64,000 bases of DNA from Verrucomicrobiaceae bacterium (GCA_051252135.1 JBPOGH010000012.1:32001-96000), one strand, 5' to 3'. Shown: positions 52,191-61,310, counted from the stretch's first letter. Notes: a model not told the origin generated them from the sequence alone. Numbers and translations: made by a program.

Positions 52191-53039
52191 ATGAAACTCA
52201 TCCGCTTCGGAATCCCCGGCCACGAAAAACCCGGCCTCCAATTGCCCGACGGCACCCGCATCGATGTCAGCTCTCTCGTCAACGACTACGACTCAGACTT
52301 CTTCGCCAACAACGGCCTCGCCACCCTCCAATCCGCCGACCTCTCTTCCTGCCCAAAAGTCGATCCCGACACCCGCCTCGGCCCCGTCGTGAAACGTCCC
52401 GGCAAGATCGTCTGCATCGGACTCAATTTTAAAGACCACGCCGAAGAAGCCGGCATGGACCCACCCTCCGAACCCGTCGTCTTCTTCAAAGCCACCTCCT
52501 CCATCGTCGGACCAAACGACGACCTCATCATCCCCAAGGACGGCCACAAAACCGACTGGGAAGTCGAGCTCGCCGTCATCATCGGAAAGAAAGCCCTCCA
52601 CGTCAGTGAAGCCGACGCCCTCGACCACGTCGCCGGCTACTGCCTGCACAACGACTACTCCGAGCGCGCCTTCCAACTCGAAATGGGCGGCCAATGGGTG
52701 AAGGGAAAAAGCTGCGACTCCTTCGCTCCCCTCGGCCCCTTCCTCGCCACCCCCGATGAAATCGCCGACGTCCACGATTTAAAAATGTGGCTCAAGGTAA
52801 ACGGCGACCTCAAACAAAACGGCACCACCGCCAACCTCATCTTCAACATCCCCCAGGTCATCGCCTACCTCAGCCGCTTCATGACCCTCGAACCGGGCGA
52901 CGTCATCTCCACCGGCACCCCCGCCGGCGTCGGCCTCGGCTTCGACCCACCCCAATACCTCAAACACGGCGACCTCATCGAACTCGGCATCCAAGGCCTC
53001 GGCGAATCAAGCCAAACAGCAAAATCCTACCAAGGCTAG
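52191..53039 (+). CDS. Fumarylacetoacetate hydrolase family protein
   Basis: CIGLNF.DH, DWEVEL, NDYSER, KGKSCD, TGTPAGV. Confidence 0.9.
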   Translation: MKLIRFGIPGHEKPGLQLPDGTRIDVSSLVNDYDSDFFANNGLATLQSADLSSCPKVDPDTRLGPVVKRPGKIVCIGLNFKDHAEEAGMDPPSEPVVFFKATSSIVGPNDDLIIPKDGHKTDWEVELAVIIGKKALHVSEADALDHVAGYCLHNDYSERAFQLEMGGQWVKGKSCDSFAPLGPFLATPDEIADVHDLKMWLKVNGDLKQNGTTANLIFNIPQVIAYLSRFMTLEPGDVISTGTPAGVGLGFDPPQYLKHGDLIELGIQGLGESSQTAKSYQG

Positions 53040-53125
53040 CTCCTGCGTTCACGCCACCTTGCGGTAAAAGCCGCGTTAAAAATTGGTGATTTTTCCCACC
53101 GTCCTCGCGAATGGCGGGTCTCGCT

Positions 53126-54460
53126 CTACTTCGCCAGCGACACGCAGATCACCTCGGTATCGTTCCGAATGAAGGCACACTTTCTTGCGTAGGCAGGGTG
53201 TGACCACACGATGTCCCGTTGCCGCAGATCAAGACCATTGGGTTCGATGACGTGGGCGCGATCGATTTCCTCGTATCCTTTCACCGAAAGATTCGCGATC
53301 ACGAGGTCCCCCTTCTCCGTGAAGAGAAAGTAGCGATCTTCATGGGGAGTGACGAAGACGGTGCCCCACCGCACCGGTTCATCAATCGCGATCGGCTTAA
53401 GCGATTCCCACAACCGCTTCCCCGTGAGTGCTTCCATACAACGGAACTGCCCGTAACTGCAGGCGGCGAAGAGATGCCCGTCACGCAAAACAGGCGTATT
53501 CATAATGCCGTGAAGATGCGTCGTCTTACTTTCGCTCGCGCGCTCCGTGCGATAAACAATTTCCGGAGTAGACTCATCTTCCTTGAGCTTGAGGAGCATG
53601 GAACCGTTGTAGAAACCAGTGAGGAAAAGATGCTCTTCGTCAATCATCTGCGGAGTTGGAATGGTGAGACCGGCACGGATCTTCCAGGGAATGCTCCAGT
53701 AAACCTTACCCGTCAGTGGATCGAGCGCATTGGCCGCTTCGGGATGCCAAATGATGAGGAGATCGCGCCCGGAATGTTGCACGATCCGCGGCGGACAGTA
53801 GCCGGGATATTTCGCCGATACGGATCGCCAGACCTCCTTCCCTGTCAACTTATCAAAAGCCACCGCCGTCGTACCATCACCACTTCCAAGACAGATCAAG
53901 AGTTCGCCATACACCAGAGGAGCTGCCGCAAATCCCCAGGTCTGGGTTTTCACCCCAAAAAGCTTTTTAAAATCGTGAGCCCACTTCTCTGCCCCATCCT
54001 CTGTCGAACGACATACCAGATTCCCCTCTCCGCCCAGGGTATAGACGCGATCTCCATCGACCGTAGGCGTTGCTCGGGGACCGGCCGAATAAGACATCGT
54101 ATACGGGCAGTCGTAAGCCTTCTCCCAAATCACTTCGCCGGTAGCCGCATCAAGACAAAGAAGACGTTCGTCCCCCTGCTTCTGACCGGTGCGCGCGCCC
54201 TCGGCTTTTGCTTCGGGTGTCTCGAGCGCTTTCCGGTCCATCACGAAAACACGATCACCCGCCACCGAGGGCCCTGCATATCCCCGGTTGACCGGAGTAC
54301 GCCAAAGAATCTTGGGGCCACCACCGGGGAACTTGTCAATAATCCCGGTCTCCCGCCAAACCCCATCGCGTTGCGGGCCAAACCATTGCGGCCAATCAGC
54401 GGCAGTAGCAGAGACCGTAAGAGCAACGATAAAAAGTGAAGCTGATAGGAGAGATTTCAT
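53126..54460 (-). CDS. Secreted PQQ-binding-like beta-propeller protein
   Basis: Signal peptide then DWPQWFGPQRDG; GYAGP, GPRATP, WSHPAYA. Confidence 0.85.
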   Translation of the reverse strand: MKSLLSASLFIVALTVSATAADWPQWFGPQRDGVWRETGIIDKFPGGGPKILWRTPVNRGYAGPSVAGDRVFVMDRKALETPEAKAEGARTGQKQGDERLLCLDAATGEVIWEKAYDCPYTMSYSAGPRATPTVDGDRVYTLGGEGNLVCRSTEDGAEKWAHDFKKLFGVKTQTWGFAAAPLVYGELLICLGSGDGTTAVAFDKLTGKEVWRSVSAKYPGYCPPRIVQHSGRDLLIIWHPEAANALDPLTGKVYWSIPWKIRAGLTIPTPQMIDEEHLFLTGFYNGSMLLKLKEDESTPEIVYRTERASESKTTHLHGIMNTPVLRDGHLFAACSYGQFRCMEALTGKRLWESLKPIAIDEPVRWGTVFVTPHEDRYFLFTEKGDLVIANLSVKGYEEIDRAHVIEPNGLDLRQRDIVWSHPAYARKCAFIRNDTEVICVSLAK

Positions 54461-54686
54461 AAGGCAGGAATGACGATGGGAGTCTTCGCATGACGAAGCC
54501 CCTTCTGCGATTCCCAAAAGCAATTCCGCCCATTCATCGCCTGAAAACTCTCCCTGAATGCGCTATCCTCCTCGGAAACGCATCCGCCCTCCCCAGCTAC
54601 AGACCCAACACTTTCGAAGAACTTACAAAATAAATTCACCATCGAAATGAACAAAACGCTTTCGATTTGCGTATCACCCCTTGCTG

Positions 54687-54702
54687 TGGCACTTATTTCG
54701 CA
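54687..54702 (+). promoter_or_regulatory. Putative sigma54 promoter of the cytochrome c gene
   Basis: TGGCACTTATTTCGCA (TGGCAC-N5-TCGCA), about 22 nt before the ATG. Confidence 0.55.
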
Positions 54703-54723
54703 GCTACCAAAACCTACGATCAT

Positions 54724-55197
54724 ATGAAATTTCCTATCCTGATCTCCGCCCTCGCCATCTCCGCCCTCTCTTTCGCTCACGCTGAAGATAAGGACGCAGT
54801 CATCGCTCACGGGAAGACCAAATTCATGCTTTGCGCCGCATGCCACGGCATGGACGGAGCCGGCCTCAAGCTCGGACCGACCATGATGATGGCTCCCGCC
54901 TACAAAGGCTCAGCCGTTGTCGATGGTGACCCCGAGCTTCTCGCTCTCGTCATCATGAAGGGCATCAAAAAGGAAGGCACCGCCTTCGCTGGCGTCATGG
55001 CCCCTCTCGAAGCCGGCCTGAACGACAAAGACCTTGCCGGTGTCCTCACCTACCTTCGGAACGAATATTCCGAAAAGAAGGACCTCATCACCGAAGCCCA
55101 GGTTGCCGGATGGCGCACCAAATACGCGGACCGCAAGGACCCCGTCACCCGTGCCGAGATTGACGAGCACCTGAAAAAGGCTGCCGAAGCCAAGTAA
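54724..55197 (+). CDS. Monoheme cytochrome c
   Basis: Signal peptide MKFPIL; CAACH; distal Met (GVMAP); LTYLRN. Confidence 0.9.
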   Translation: MKFPILISALAISALSFAHAEDKDAVIAHGKTKFMLCAACHGMDGAGLKLGPTMMMAPAYKGSAVVDGDPELLALVIMKGIKKEGTAFAGVMAPLEAGLNDKDLAGVLTYLRNEYSEKKDLITEAQVAGWRTKYADRKDPVTRAEIDEHLKKAAEAK

Positions 55198-55211
55198 GCA
55201 ACACCCTCTCC

Positions 55212-55243
55212 AAAAGCGCGACCCTCACCGGTCGCGCTTTTTT
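55212..55243 (+). terminator. Intrinsic (bidirectional) terminator
   Basis: AAAAGCGCGACC-CTCACC-GGTCGCGCTTTTTT between convergent genes. Confidence 0.85.
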
Positions 55244-55255
55244 GTGCTCCGGCCT

Positions 55256-56176
55256 CTACCCTTCCGCCACAAACCGGGCATACCCCTCCTTGCCCATATA
55301 CTTCGTCAGCAAGCGGGCCGGTGCCTTCTTCAAATCCACCAGCACCATCGCATCCAGACAGTGGCTGAACGTTGGATCAAAGGCGAAGTCCAGAAGCGTC
55401 GCATTCATCTTAAAATACTGTCGCAACAAAACAGGCACCCCTTTCCCGTCGGGCTCGTGACTCGCCACACAGGCCGACACCTCCTCGATGCTCCGGAAAC
55501 TCCCGCTCAACTCCTCCGGCTTGTCATTAAAGGGCATCAACGCCCGCACCCGCTCGCCCCACGTCACGTCCGATTTCGTCCGCCGCAAATAACGCACGAT
55601 CAGATTCTGCGAGATGAACGAATAATCATCACTGATACTCACCGCCCCAAAAAGCTTACTGTAACGCGGATAACGCGACACAAACGCCCCGATCCCCTTC
55701 CAAAGTCCCAGCAGCGAATTCAACGACTTCTGATACTCCGGCACCACCCACGACCGCCCCAACTCCAGCGCCGGATTCAAAAATTCCAATAAATCCGAAT
55801 CGAACTTGCACAGCATCGAGCTGTAAAGCCCCTCAAACCCAAACTCCGCCAATATCATGTCCGTCCGCCCCAATCGATAAGCCCCCGCGATCTTCTTCGT
55901 CTCCCGATCCCACAAAAAAAGATGGTAATAATACTCATCAAAGCGATCAAGATCACGCTCCTTCCCCGTTCCCTCACCCACCGCCCGAAAAGTCACCTCA
56001 CGCAGCCGTCCAATCTCTAACAGAATGTTTGGAATCGCATCGGCGGACGCCAAATAGACATCCAGACTTGCCTGCTGGGCAATCTTCCCCCGTTCACCAA
56101 GGCTGGCTATTTCCTCCAGTTGCAAAGGCAACGGAATCGATGGGGCTACTTCTTTTCGCTCGGTCTTCATCATCAC
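55256..56176 (-). CDS. GNAT (Acetyltransf_5; OlsB-like) N-acyltransferase
   Basis: EIGRLREVTFRAVGEGTG..DLDRFD, GAYRL, LELGRS, LWKGIG, FGAVSIS, PVLLRQY. Confidence 0.85.
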   Translation of the reverse strand: MMMKTERKEVAPSIPLPLQLEEIASLGERGKIAQQASLDVYLASADAIPNILLEIGRLREVTFRAVGEGTGKERDLDRFDEYYYHLFLWDRETKKIAGAYRLGRTDMILAEFGFEGLYSSMLCKFDSDLLEFLNPALELGRSWVVPEYQKSLNSLLGLWKGIGAFVSRYPRYSKLFGAVSISDDYSFISQNLIVRYLRRTKSDVTWGERVRALMPFNDKPEELSGSFRSIEEVSACVASHEPDGKGVPVLLRQYFKMNATLLDFAFDPTFSHCLDAMVLVDLKKAPARLLTKYMGKEGYARFVAEG

Positions 56177-56254
56177 GATATTTTTTAGAGTTACGTGAAT
56201 CTACCTACTAAACGCGATTCCCGTCTCATCGAAAAACCGCGTCACAAAATCGTT

Positions 56255-56773
56255 TCAATCAATACCCGCCTTCTCCCGGAAGCGCAGCGTCGATGGCGCC
56301 ACTCCAAAACCTCCCTCAACCTCCAGCCCCAAGCACCCGCACATTCCGCCGATCATCGCAAAATGATGAACCGTGTGGCTCACCAAAAACTGCAACTCGC
56401 GCCCCAGACTCGACGGCTGCCAATCCTCCCCGCTTCCCCCGCAATCCATCTTCACCTCCAAATTCATCGGCTTCTCATACTCGATCAGCTCCTCGAGACC
56501 ACCACGCACCTCACGCAGCACCGCCAGCGCATCCTCGGTCGAGGACTCAATCGCCACCTCCCGCATCCGGCAATCGTAATCAATCCGGCCATCATCCAAC
56601 CCCTTCAGAAAAGAGCGATAATGGTCCAGACAATGCCGCACATGCTGGCCCAGGGTGGACCCGTAAAAGTTCTCCACCGCACATCCATACTCATCATCCT
56701 GTAACCTCTCCAAAAGCGCCTCCGCTTGATCGAGAAAGTGAATATTTGCGCCAATCAGCTGATCCATTTCCAT
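56255..56773 (-). CDS. DinB family protein
   Basis: GQHVRHCLDHY, IDYD.R.R, RELQFLVSHTVHH. Confidence 0.85.
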   Translation of the reverse strand: MEMDQLIGANIHFLDQAEALLERLQDDEYGCAVENFYGSTLGQHVRHCLDHYRSFLKGLDDGRIDYDCRMREVAIESSTEDALAVLREVRGGLEELIEYEKPMNLEVKMDCGGSGEDWQPSSLGRELQFLVSHTVHHFAMIGGMCGCLGLEVEGGFGVAPSTLRFREKAGID

Positions 56774-56804
56774 TAATTTTCCTATAAGAGGTCAAAACGT
56801 CGAT

Positions 56805-57584
56805 TCAATTCCCCAAATCTCGCAACTCCTCCAGCTGCCCCCTCAACCAAACGGCACCGCCCTCTCTGAGCCGATCACTCGAAAATGCCTTCCCCACCCG
56901 ACCCACAATCGTTCTCCCCCTGAGTTCAAGTAGCCCCCGCGGAATCAGCGCCGTCCGGATGAAAGCCGAAAGCTTCGATAAAATCTGAATCCACGCCGGA
57001 TTCCCCCCAAAGAACCACACCGGCACCACCGTCGCCTCCATCCGCGACATCAGCTTCACCACATGATCGTTCCAGGGCGGATCCTTGATCACCCCCTCCT
57101 GCCAGTACGCCACCCGCCCCGCCGGAAAGACCACCAACGCACCGCCCCCCTTCACATGCTTGAGCATCTTCCGTAAGGTCGCCGAATTCTCCGCCGCATT
57201 GCCCGACTCCAGAATCGATACCGGCAGAAAAAATCGATTCACCCCCGGCAAGGCCATCAGCTCCCGATTGCAAAGAATCAAGGTATCAGGCCGAACCTCC
57301 ACACACTTCGCCGCCAATGCCAGCGCATCCGGCCCCCCATGCGAATGATTCGCCACAATCACCACCGGACCAGTTTTGGGAATCTCATCCGCCAAGCCAT
57401 CCAGCCCGATCTCCACTCCCGCCCGCCGCGCCACTCCCGCAAAGGGATTAGCCTCCGCCACCGAGTCCGCAAAGAGCTCCCGAATCTCCACAAACCCCAA
57501 AAAACTCTCCACCACATGAGCCAGCCCGCGCCGCTTCGCAAACCACGGCACATGCTTCGTGATATCCGCAAATCGCTCAGGCAT
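56805..57584 (-). CDS. Lysophospholipid/glycerol acyltransferase (PlsC/OlsA-like)
   Basis: IPKTGPVVIVANHSHGGPD, VFPAG, VVPVWF; start at MPERF overlaps the upstream stop. Confidence 0.85.
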   Translation of the reverse strand: MPERFADITKHVPWFAKRRGLAHVVESFLGFVEIRELFADSVAEANPFAGVARRAGVEIGLDGLADEIPKTGPVVIVANHSHGGPDALALAAKCVEVRPDTLILCNRELMALPGVNRFFLPVSILESGNAAENSATLRKMLKHVKGGGALVVFPAGRVAYWQEGVIKDPPWNDHVVKLMSRMEATVVPVWFFGGNPAWIQILSKLSAFIRTALIPRGLLELRGRTIVGRVGKAFSSDRLREGGAVWLRGQLEELRDLGN

Positions 57585-58668
57585 CGCGACCCCCTTTCCG
57601 GAATTCATCCACCTCCAGATAATCCTTCTCCGCGTGCTCGCGCGTCAACGCCCAAAGCTCCCCAATCGATGGCGGCTCGACCCCGCGCTCCTTCCACGCC
57701 CACCCAATCCCGGTCGCCCGCGAAAAGTGCCGGCACAAATCCCGCATCCCCTTCCACCATGGATAACCCGGCTGATAAATATGAGCCGGCTCCCCGGTCA
57801 CCCCATTCAATTCCAGCACCGAAATATTCACCCCCTTCTGAAAATCCGCCGCCGAAGGAACCTTCACATCGTATCGCCCAAAGCAAAACCCCTCATACCG
57901 CGCACCCAATTCATCAAACACCGCCACCAGTTCCTCGGTCACCAAGTCCCGCTCATCCGTAAACACCGCCCCGCGCGCATGCGTCCCGATCGACGCCAAC
58001 ACAAACTCCTCACCCTCTGACAAAACCCGCCCCAACTCCCCCTCATACTTCGCAAAATAATACCCCGTCATCATCACCGCCCGATCATCCCGCAAAATCA
58101 ACTCCCGCAAGCTCGCCACCCCATCCCCTCGCACCGATTGCGGATGCTTCCCGCACAAGGAATCAATCCGCCCCCTCTCTTCCCCCGGCCCCTTCGCCCA
58201 ATGCACCCCAAACTCCAGCCCCCCGATCATCTCCTGCGCAATCACATCCTCCCCGCACTCCGACATCCACCGCCGCGCCGCCGACTCATCCCTCACCATC
58301 TCCACCCCCTGACCCCGCAGCCCCAAATCAGGCTTCAGCACCACCGGAAAAGTCAGCCCCTCCTCGGCCATCCACCCCTTCAAGCGTTCAAAATCTCCCC
58401 CTCCACTCATCCGCAAATAACGCGCAATCTTTACGCACCCATCCTCACCTGAGAACGCATCCAAAATTTCACCCTTCGATTCCATCGCCATCCCGCTCGC
58501 CTTCATCCCCGGATTGCAATTCGTCCAAAGCGTCCACCCACCCCACCGGATCGCCTCCACCACCCACCACAAAAACACCGGAGGATACACCGCCCACACC
58601 GGCCAAAATTCCCAACGCACCAGCCGCTGCCAGCGCCCCCACAAAATCCGCCGCCTCTCCCAATTCAT
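57577..58668 (-). CDS. Uncharacterised ATP-grasp (D-Ala-D-Ala-ligase-like) carboxylate-amine ligase
   Basis: RWEFWP, CNPG..ESK, FPVVLKPD.G.RG.GV, QE, GRYD, LELNG. Confidence 0.8.
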   Translation of the reverse strand: MNWERRRILWGRWQRLVRWEFWPVWAVYPPVFLWWVVEAIRWGGWTLWTNCNPGMKASGMAMESKGEILDAFSGEDGCVKIARYLRMSGGGDFERLKGWMAEEGLTFPVVLKPDLGLRGQGVEMVRDESAARRWMSECGEDVIAQEMIGGLEFGVHWAKGPGEERGRIDSLCGKHPQSVRGDGVASLRELILRDDRAVMMTGYYFAKYEGELGRVLSEGEEFVLASIGTHARGAVFTDERDLVTEELVAVFDELGARYEGFCFGRYDVKVPSAADFQKGVNISVLELNGVTGEPAHIYQPGYPWWKGMRDLCRHFSRATGIGWAWKERGVEPPSIGELWALTREHAEKDYLEVDEFRKGGRDA

Positions 58669-59351
58669 CTTCGTCTCAGTTTAGCAACAGTTCGCTCCGG
58701 CTCTCCCGCCAAATCCAGCTTCTCTCCCAAATAACTCCACGTGATTTCCTCATCCACCACCACCCGACTCCGACTCCACGTCTGCGCATCGGGCCGATTC
58801 ATCCGCACCGTATAGGCCGTCGATTCCAGACCCACCGAACCATGATACTCATCTCCCCCCTCACCTTCGGCAAAGGCCGCCTCCCTCGACTCCTTCACCG
58901 CCTCAAAGCAATAACTCGATGACGTCAGCGGCTGCCCCATCCCAACCTCCCTCAAAACATCCCCATCCCACTCCCAAGCCCGCTCACCTTCCGCCGAGAT
59001 TCCCACCATCGTAAACGCCGGATATCCCTCCAATTCCACCAACATCTCCCTCACCTCATCCACCGTCCGCACCACCCCCATCTTCCAAACCAACAATCCC
59101 CGGCTCTTCCGCGGCCCCTTCACCGGCCGATCATCCAGCTCCCACTTGTTGAGCAGGCACACCACCACCCCATGCTCATTCGCCACCATCCACGTCCCCC
59201 CGCCTTGCGGGTCACGTGGACTCAAAAAATTCACCCCGTCCACCTCACGAACCGACGGCGGATCGGCCACCGGTCGCGCCTTCTTCTCGTCGCGGTTGAA
59301 CCACACCTCAAGTCTCCCCGGGCGATCCCGCGTCCACGTCAAGGTGCACAT
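58665..59351 (-). CDS. NRDE/TANGO2 family protein
   Basis: MCT N-terminus, FNRDE, GGTW, SRG. Confidence 0.88.
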   Translation of the reverse strand: MCTLTWTRDRPGRLEVWFNRDEKKARPVADPPSVREVDGVNFLSPRDPQGGGTWMVANEHGVVVCLLNKWELDDRPVKGPRKSRGLLVWKMGVVRTVDEVREMLVELEGYPAFTMVGISAEGERAWEWDGDVLREVGMGQPLTSSSYCFEAVKESREAAFAEGEGGDEYHGSVGLESTAYTVRMNRPDAQTWSRSRVVVDEEITWSYLGEKLDLAGEPERTVAKLRRR

Positions 59352-59363
59352 TCCCGGGTTGGG

Positions 59364-59564
59364 CTAATTCTCTTCGGAGCCCTCGGCCTCCTCCTCTGCC
59401 TTCGTGTCACTCCCGACCGGAAGTGTCGTTTGCGTCTTTGCTCATCCCCCACCTGAGGATTTCTTGCCGCTCATTCATGTGGAAACTCCCATCGCCGGGA
59501 GAATCCACAGCTGCAGGGCAAAATACGCCCCGATCACTCCTAATCCGATTAAAAATCCTTTCAT
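59364..59564 (-). CDS. Candidate small selenoprotein (two in-frame UGA) with N-terminal TM helix
   Basis: MKGFLIGLGVIGAYFALQLWILPAMGVST-UGA-MSGKKSSGGG-UGA-AKTQTTLPVGSDTKAEEEAEGSEEN-TAG; SECIS-like hairpins at 59444-59460 and 59408-59425; TAG lies 12 nt before the NRDE start. Confidence 0.7.
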
Positions 59565-59704
59565 AACTGCGCTTTCAGGGATGGGAGTCCCTCTCACCCG
59601 TAGTATTCCCCACTTTTTGAAACCTCGCAACCTTTCCAAAAAAACCTTTCCCCACGCGCCTTCATCGCGTTTCCTCCCCCCGCAATCCCAGCTTCGCTGA
59701 AATC

Positions 59705-61288
59705 ATGGCCAACAAAGATCAAACCGACACCGCCCGCATGGAAAAAATCGTTTCCCTCTGCAAACGCAAAGGCTTCATTTTCCAGTCCGCAGAACTCTAC
59801 GGCGGACTCAATGGCTGCTGGGACTACGGCCCGCTCGGCACCGAGGTGAAACGCAACCTCAAGGAACTCTGGTGGCGTAAAAACGTCCAGGAGCGCGATG
59901 ACATCCTCGGCCTCGACGGCTCCATCCTCACCCACCAGGCCGTCCTCACCGCTTCCGGTCACATCGGCGGATTCTCCGATCCCATGTGCGACTGCCTCCT
60001 CACCAAGGCCCGCCTCCGCGCCGACCAGATCGAACCCCAGTCCGGCACCGCCTACCACTTCACCGGCGCTTCCCACGAAGAATCAGGCTGGTCCGTCGAC
60101 CGCCCCTACTCCGTCCTCCTCAATCAACCGAATCAGGACGAAAACAAGGCCCGCAAAACCGCCAGGGAGTTCTACGCCCAGTTCCTCAGCGATAAGCAAA
60201 TCTCGCCCAAAAAACTCAACCTTCAGGGCGAGTCCACCTCCGAGGAAAAGGACGTCACCAATTTCAATCCCGATAACGGATCCCTCCTCACCGAGCCCCG
60301 CGATTTCGAACTCATGTTCAAAACGCAAATGGGTGCCTCGGCTGACGAGAACGATCCCAACGCCACCGCCTACCTCCGACCCGAGACCGCCCAGTCCATC
60401 TTCGTTCAATACAAGAACGTCATGGACTCCAACCGCGTCAAACTCCCCTTCGGCATCGCCCAAATCGGTAAATCGTTCCGTAACGAGATCAACCCGCGCA
60501 ACTTCACCTTCCGCTCACGCGAGTTCGAACAAATGGAAGTGGAATACTTCTGCAAGCCCGAGGACGGCCTCCGCCTCACCGACGAATGGCTCGCCAACCG
60601 CCTCGCCTTCTACGAGGAAATCGGACTCGATTCCGAAAAACTCCACGTCCTCGACATCCCCGATGGCGAGCGCGCCCACTACTCGCAGAAAACCTACGAT
60701 ATCGAGTACGACTTCCCCTTCGGCCAACAGGAACTCGAAGGCGTCGCTTACCGGGGCGACTACGACCTCGGCAAGCACCAGAAGCACTCCGGCAAACCCC
60801 TCGAGTATTTCGATGAGGAAACCAAAGAGCGCTTCATCCCCCACGTCGTTGAACCGTCAGCCGGATGCGACCGCACCATTCTCGCCCTCATCTGCGAAGC
60901 TTACGACGAGGAAGACCTCACCAAAGAAGGCGGCAAGCAGGACATCCGCACCGTCATGCGTTTCAAGCCCTGCGTCGCCCCCATCAAGGTCGCGATTCTC
61001 CCTCTCTTGAAGAACAAGCCCGAGCTCGTTGAAAAGGCCAAGGAAGTCAAAAACCTCCTCCAGCCCTTCATGAACGTCTTCTACGATGACTCCGCAGCCA
61101 TCGGCCGCCGCTACCGTCGCCAGGACGAAGTCGGCACTCCCTTCTGCGTCGCCATCGACTTCGAAACCCTCGGCGAAGAAGACGCTTCGCTCAAAGACAC
61201 AGTCACCATCCGCCATCGTGACTCCATGGAACAGGAACGCATCGCCATCAGCGACCTCCTCCCATGGCTCCTCCAGCGGATCCGCTAG
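59705..61288 (+). CDS. glyQS: Glycine--tRNA ligase, homodimeric (alpha2) type
   Basis: CKRKGF..ELYGG, DYGPLG, LRPETAQ, GKSFRNEI, REFEQME, EPSAG, IGRRYRRQDEVGTP. Confidence 0.95.
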   Translation: MANKDQTDTARMEKIVSLCKRKGFIFQSAELYGGLNGCWDYGPLGTEVKRNLKELWWRKNVQERDDILGLDGSILTHQAVLTASGHIGGFSDPMCDCLLTKARLRADQIEPQSGTAYHFTGASHEESGWSVDRPYSVLLNQPNQDENKARKTAREFYAQFLSDKQISPKKLNLQGESTSEEKDVTNFNPDNGSLLTEPRDFELMFKTQMGASADENDPNATAYLRPETAQSIFVQYKNVMDSNRVKLPFGIAQIGKSFRNEINPRNFTFRSREFEQMEVEYFCKPEDGLRLTDEWLANRLAFYEEIGLDSEKLHVLDIPDGERAHYSQKTYDIEYDFPFGQQELEGVAYRGDYDLGKHQKHSGKPLEYFDEETKERFIPHVVEPSAGCDRTILALICEAYDEEDLTKEGGKQDIRTVMRFKPCVAPIKVAILPLLKNKPELVEKAKEVKNLLQPFMNVFYDDSAAIGRRYRRQDEVGTPFCVAIDFETLGEEDASLKDTVTIRHRDSMEQERIAISDLLPWLLQRIR

Positions 61289-61310
61289 GGCCTCGTCGAG
61301 ACATCTCACA

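Noticed and set aside
59404..59700. 98-aa + strand ORF overlapping the selenoprotein candidate
   Set aside because: No motifs or plausible start; the - strand frame has a TM helix, an acidic tail and fits the operon.
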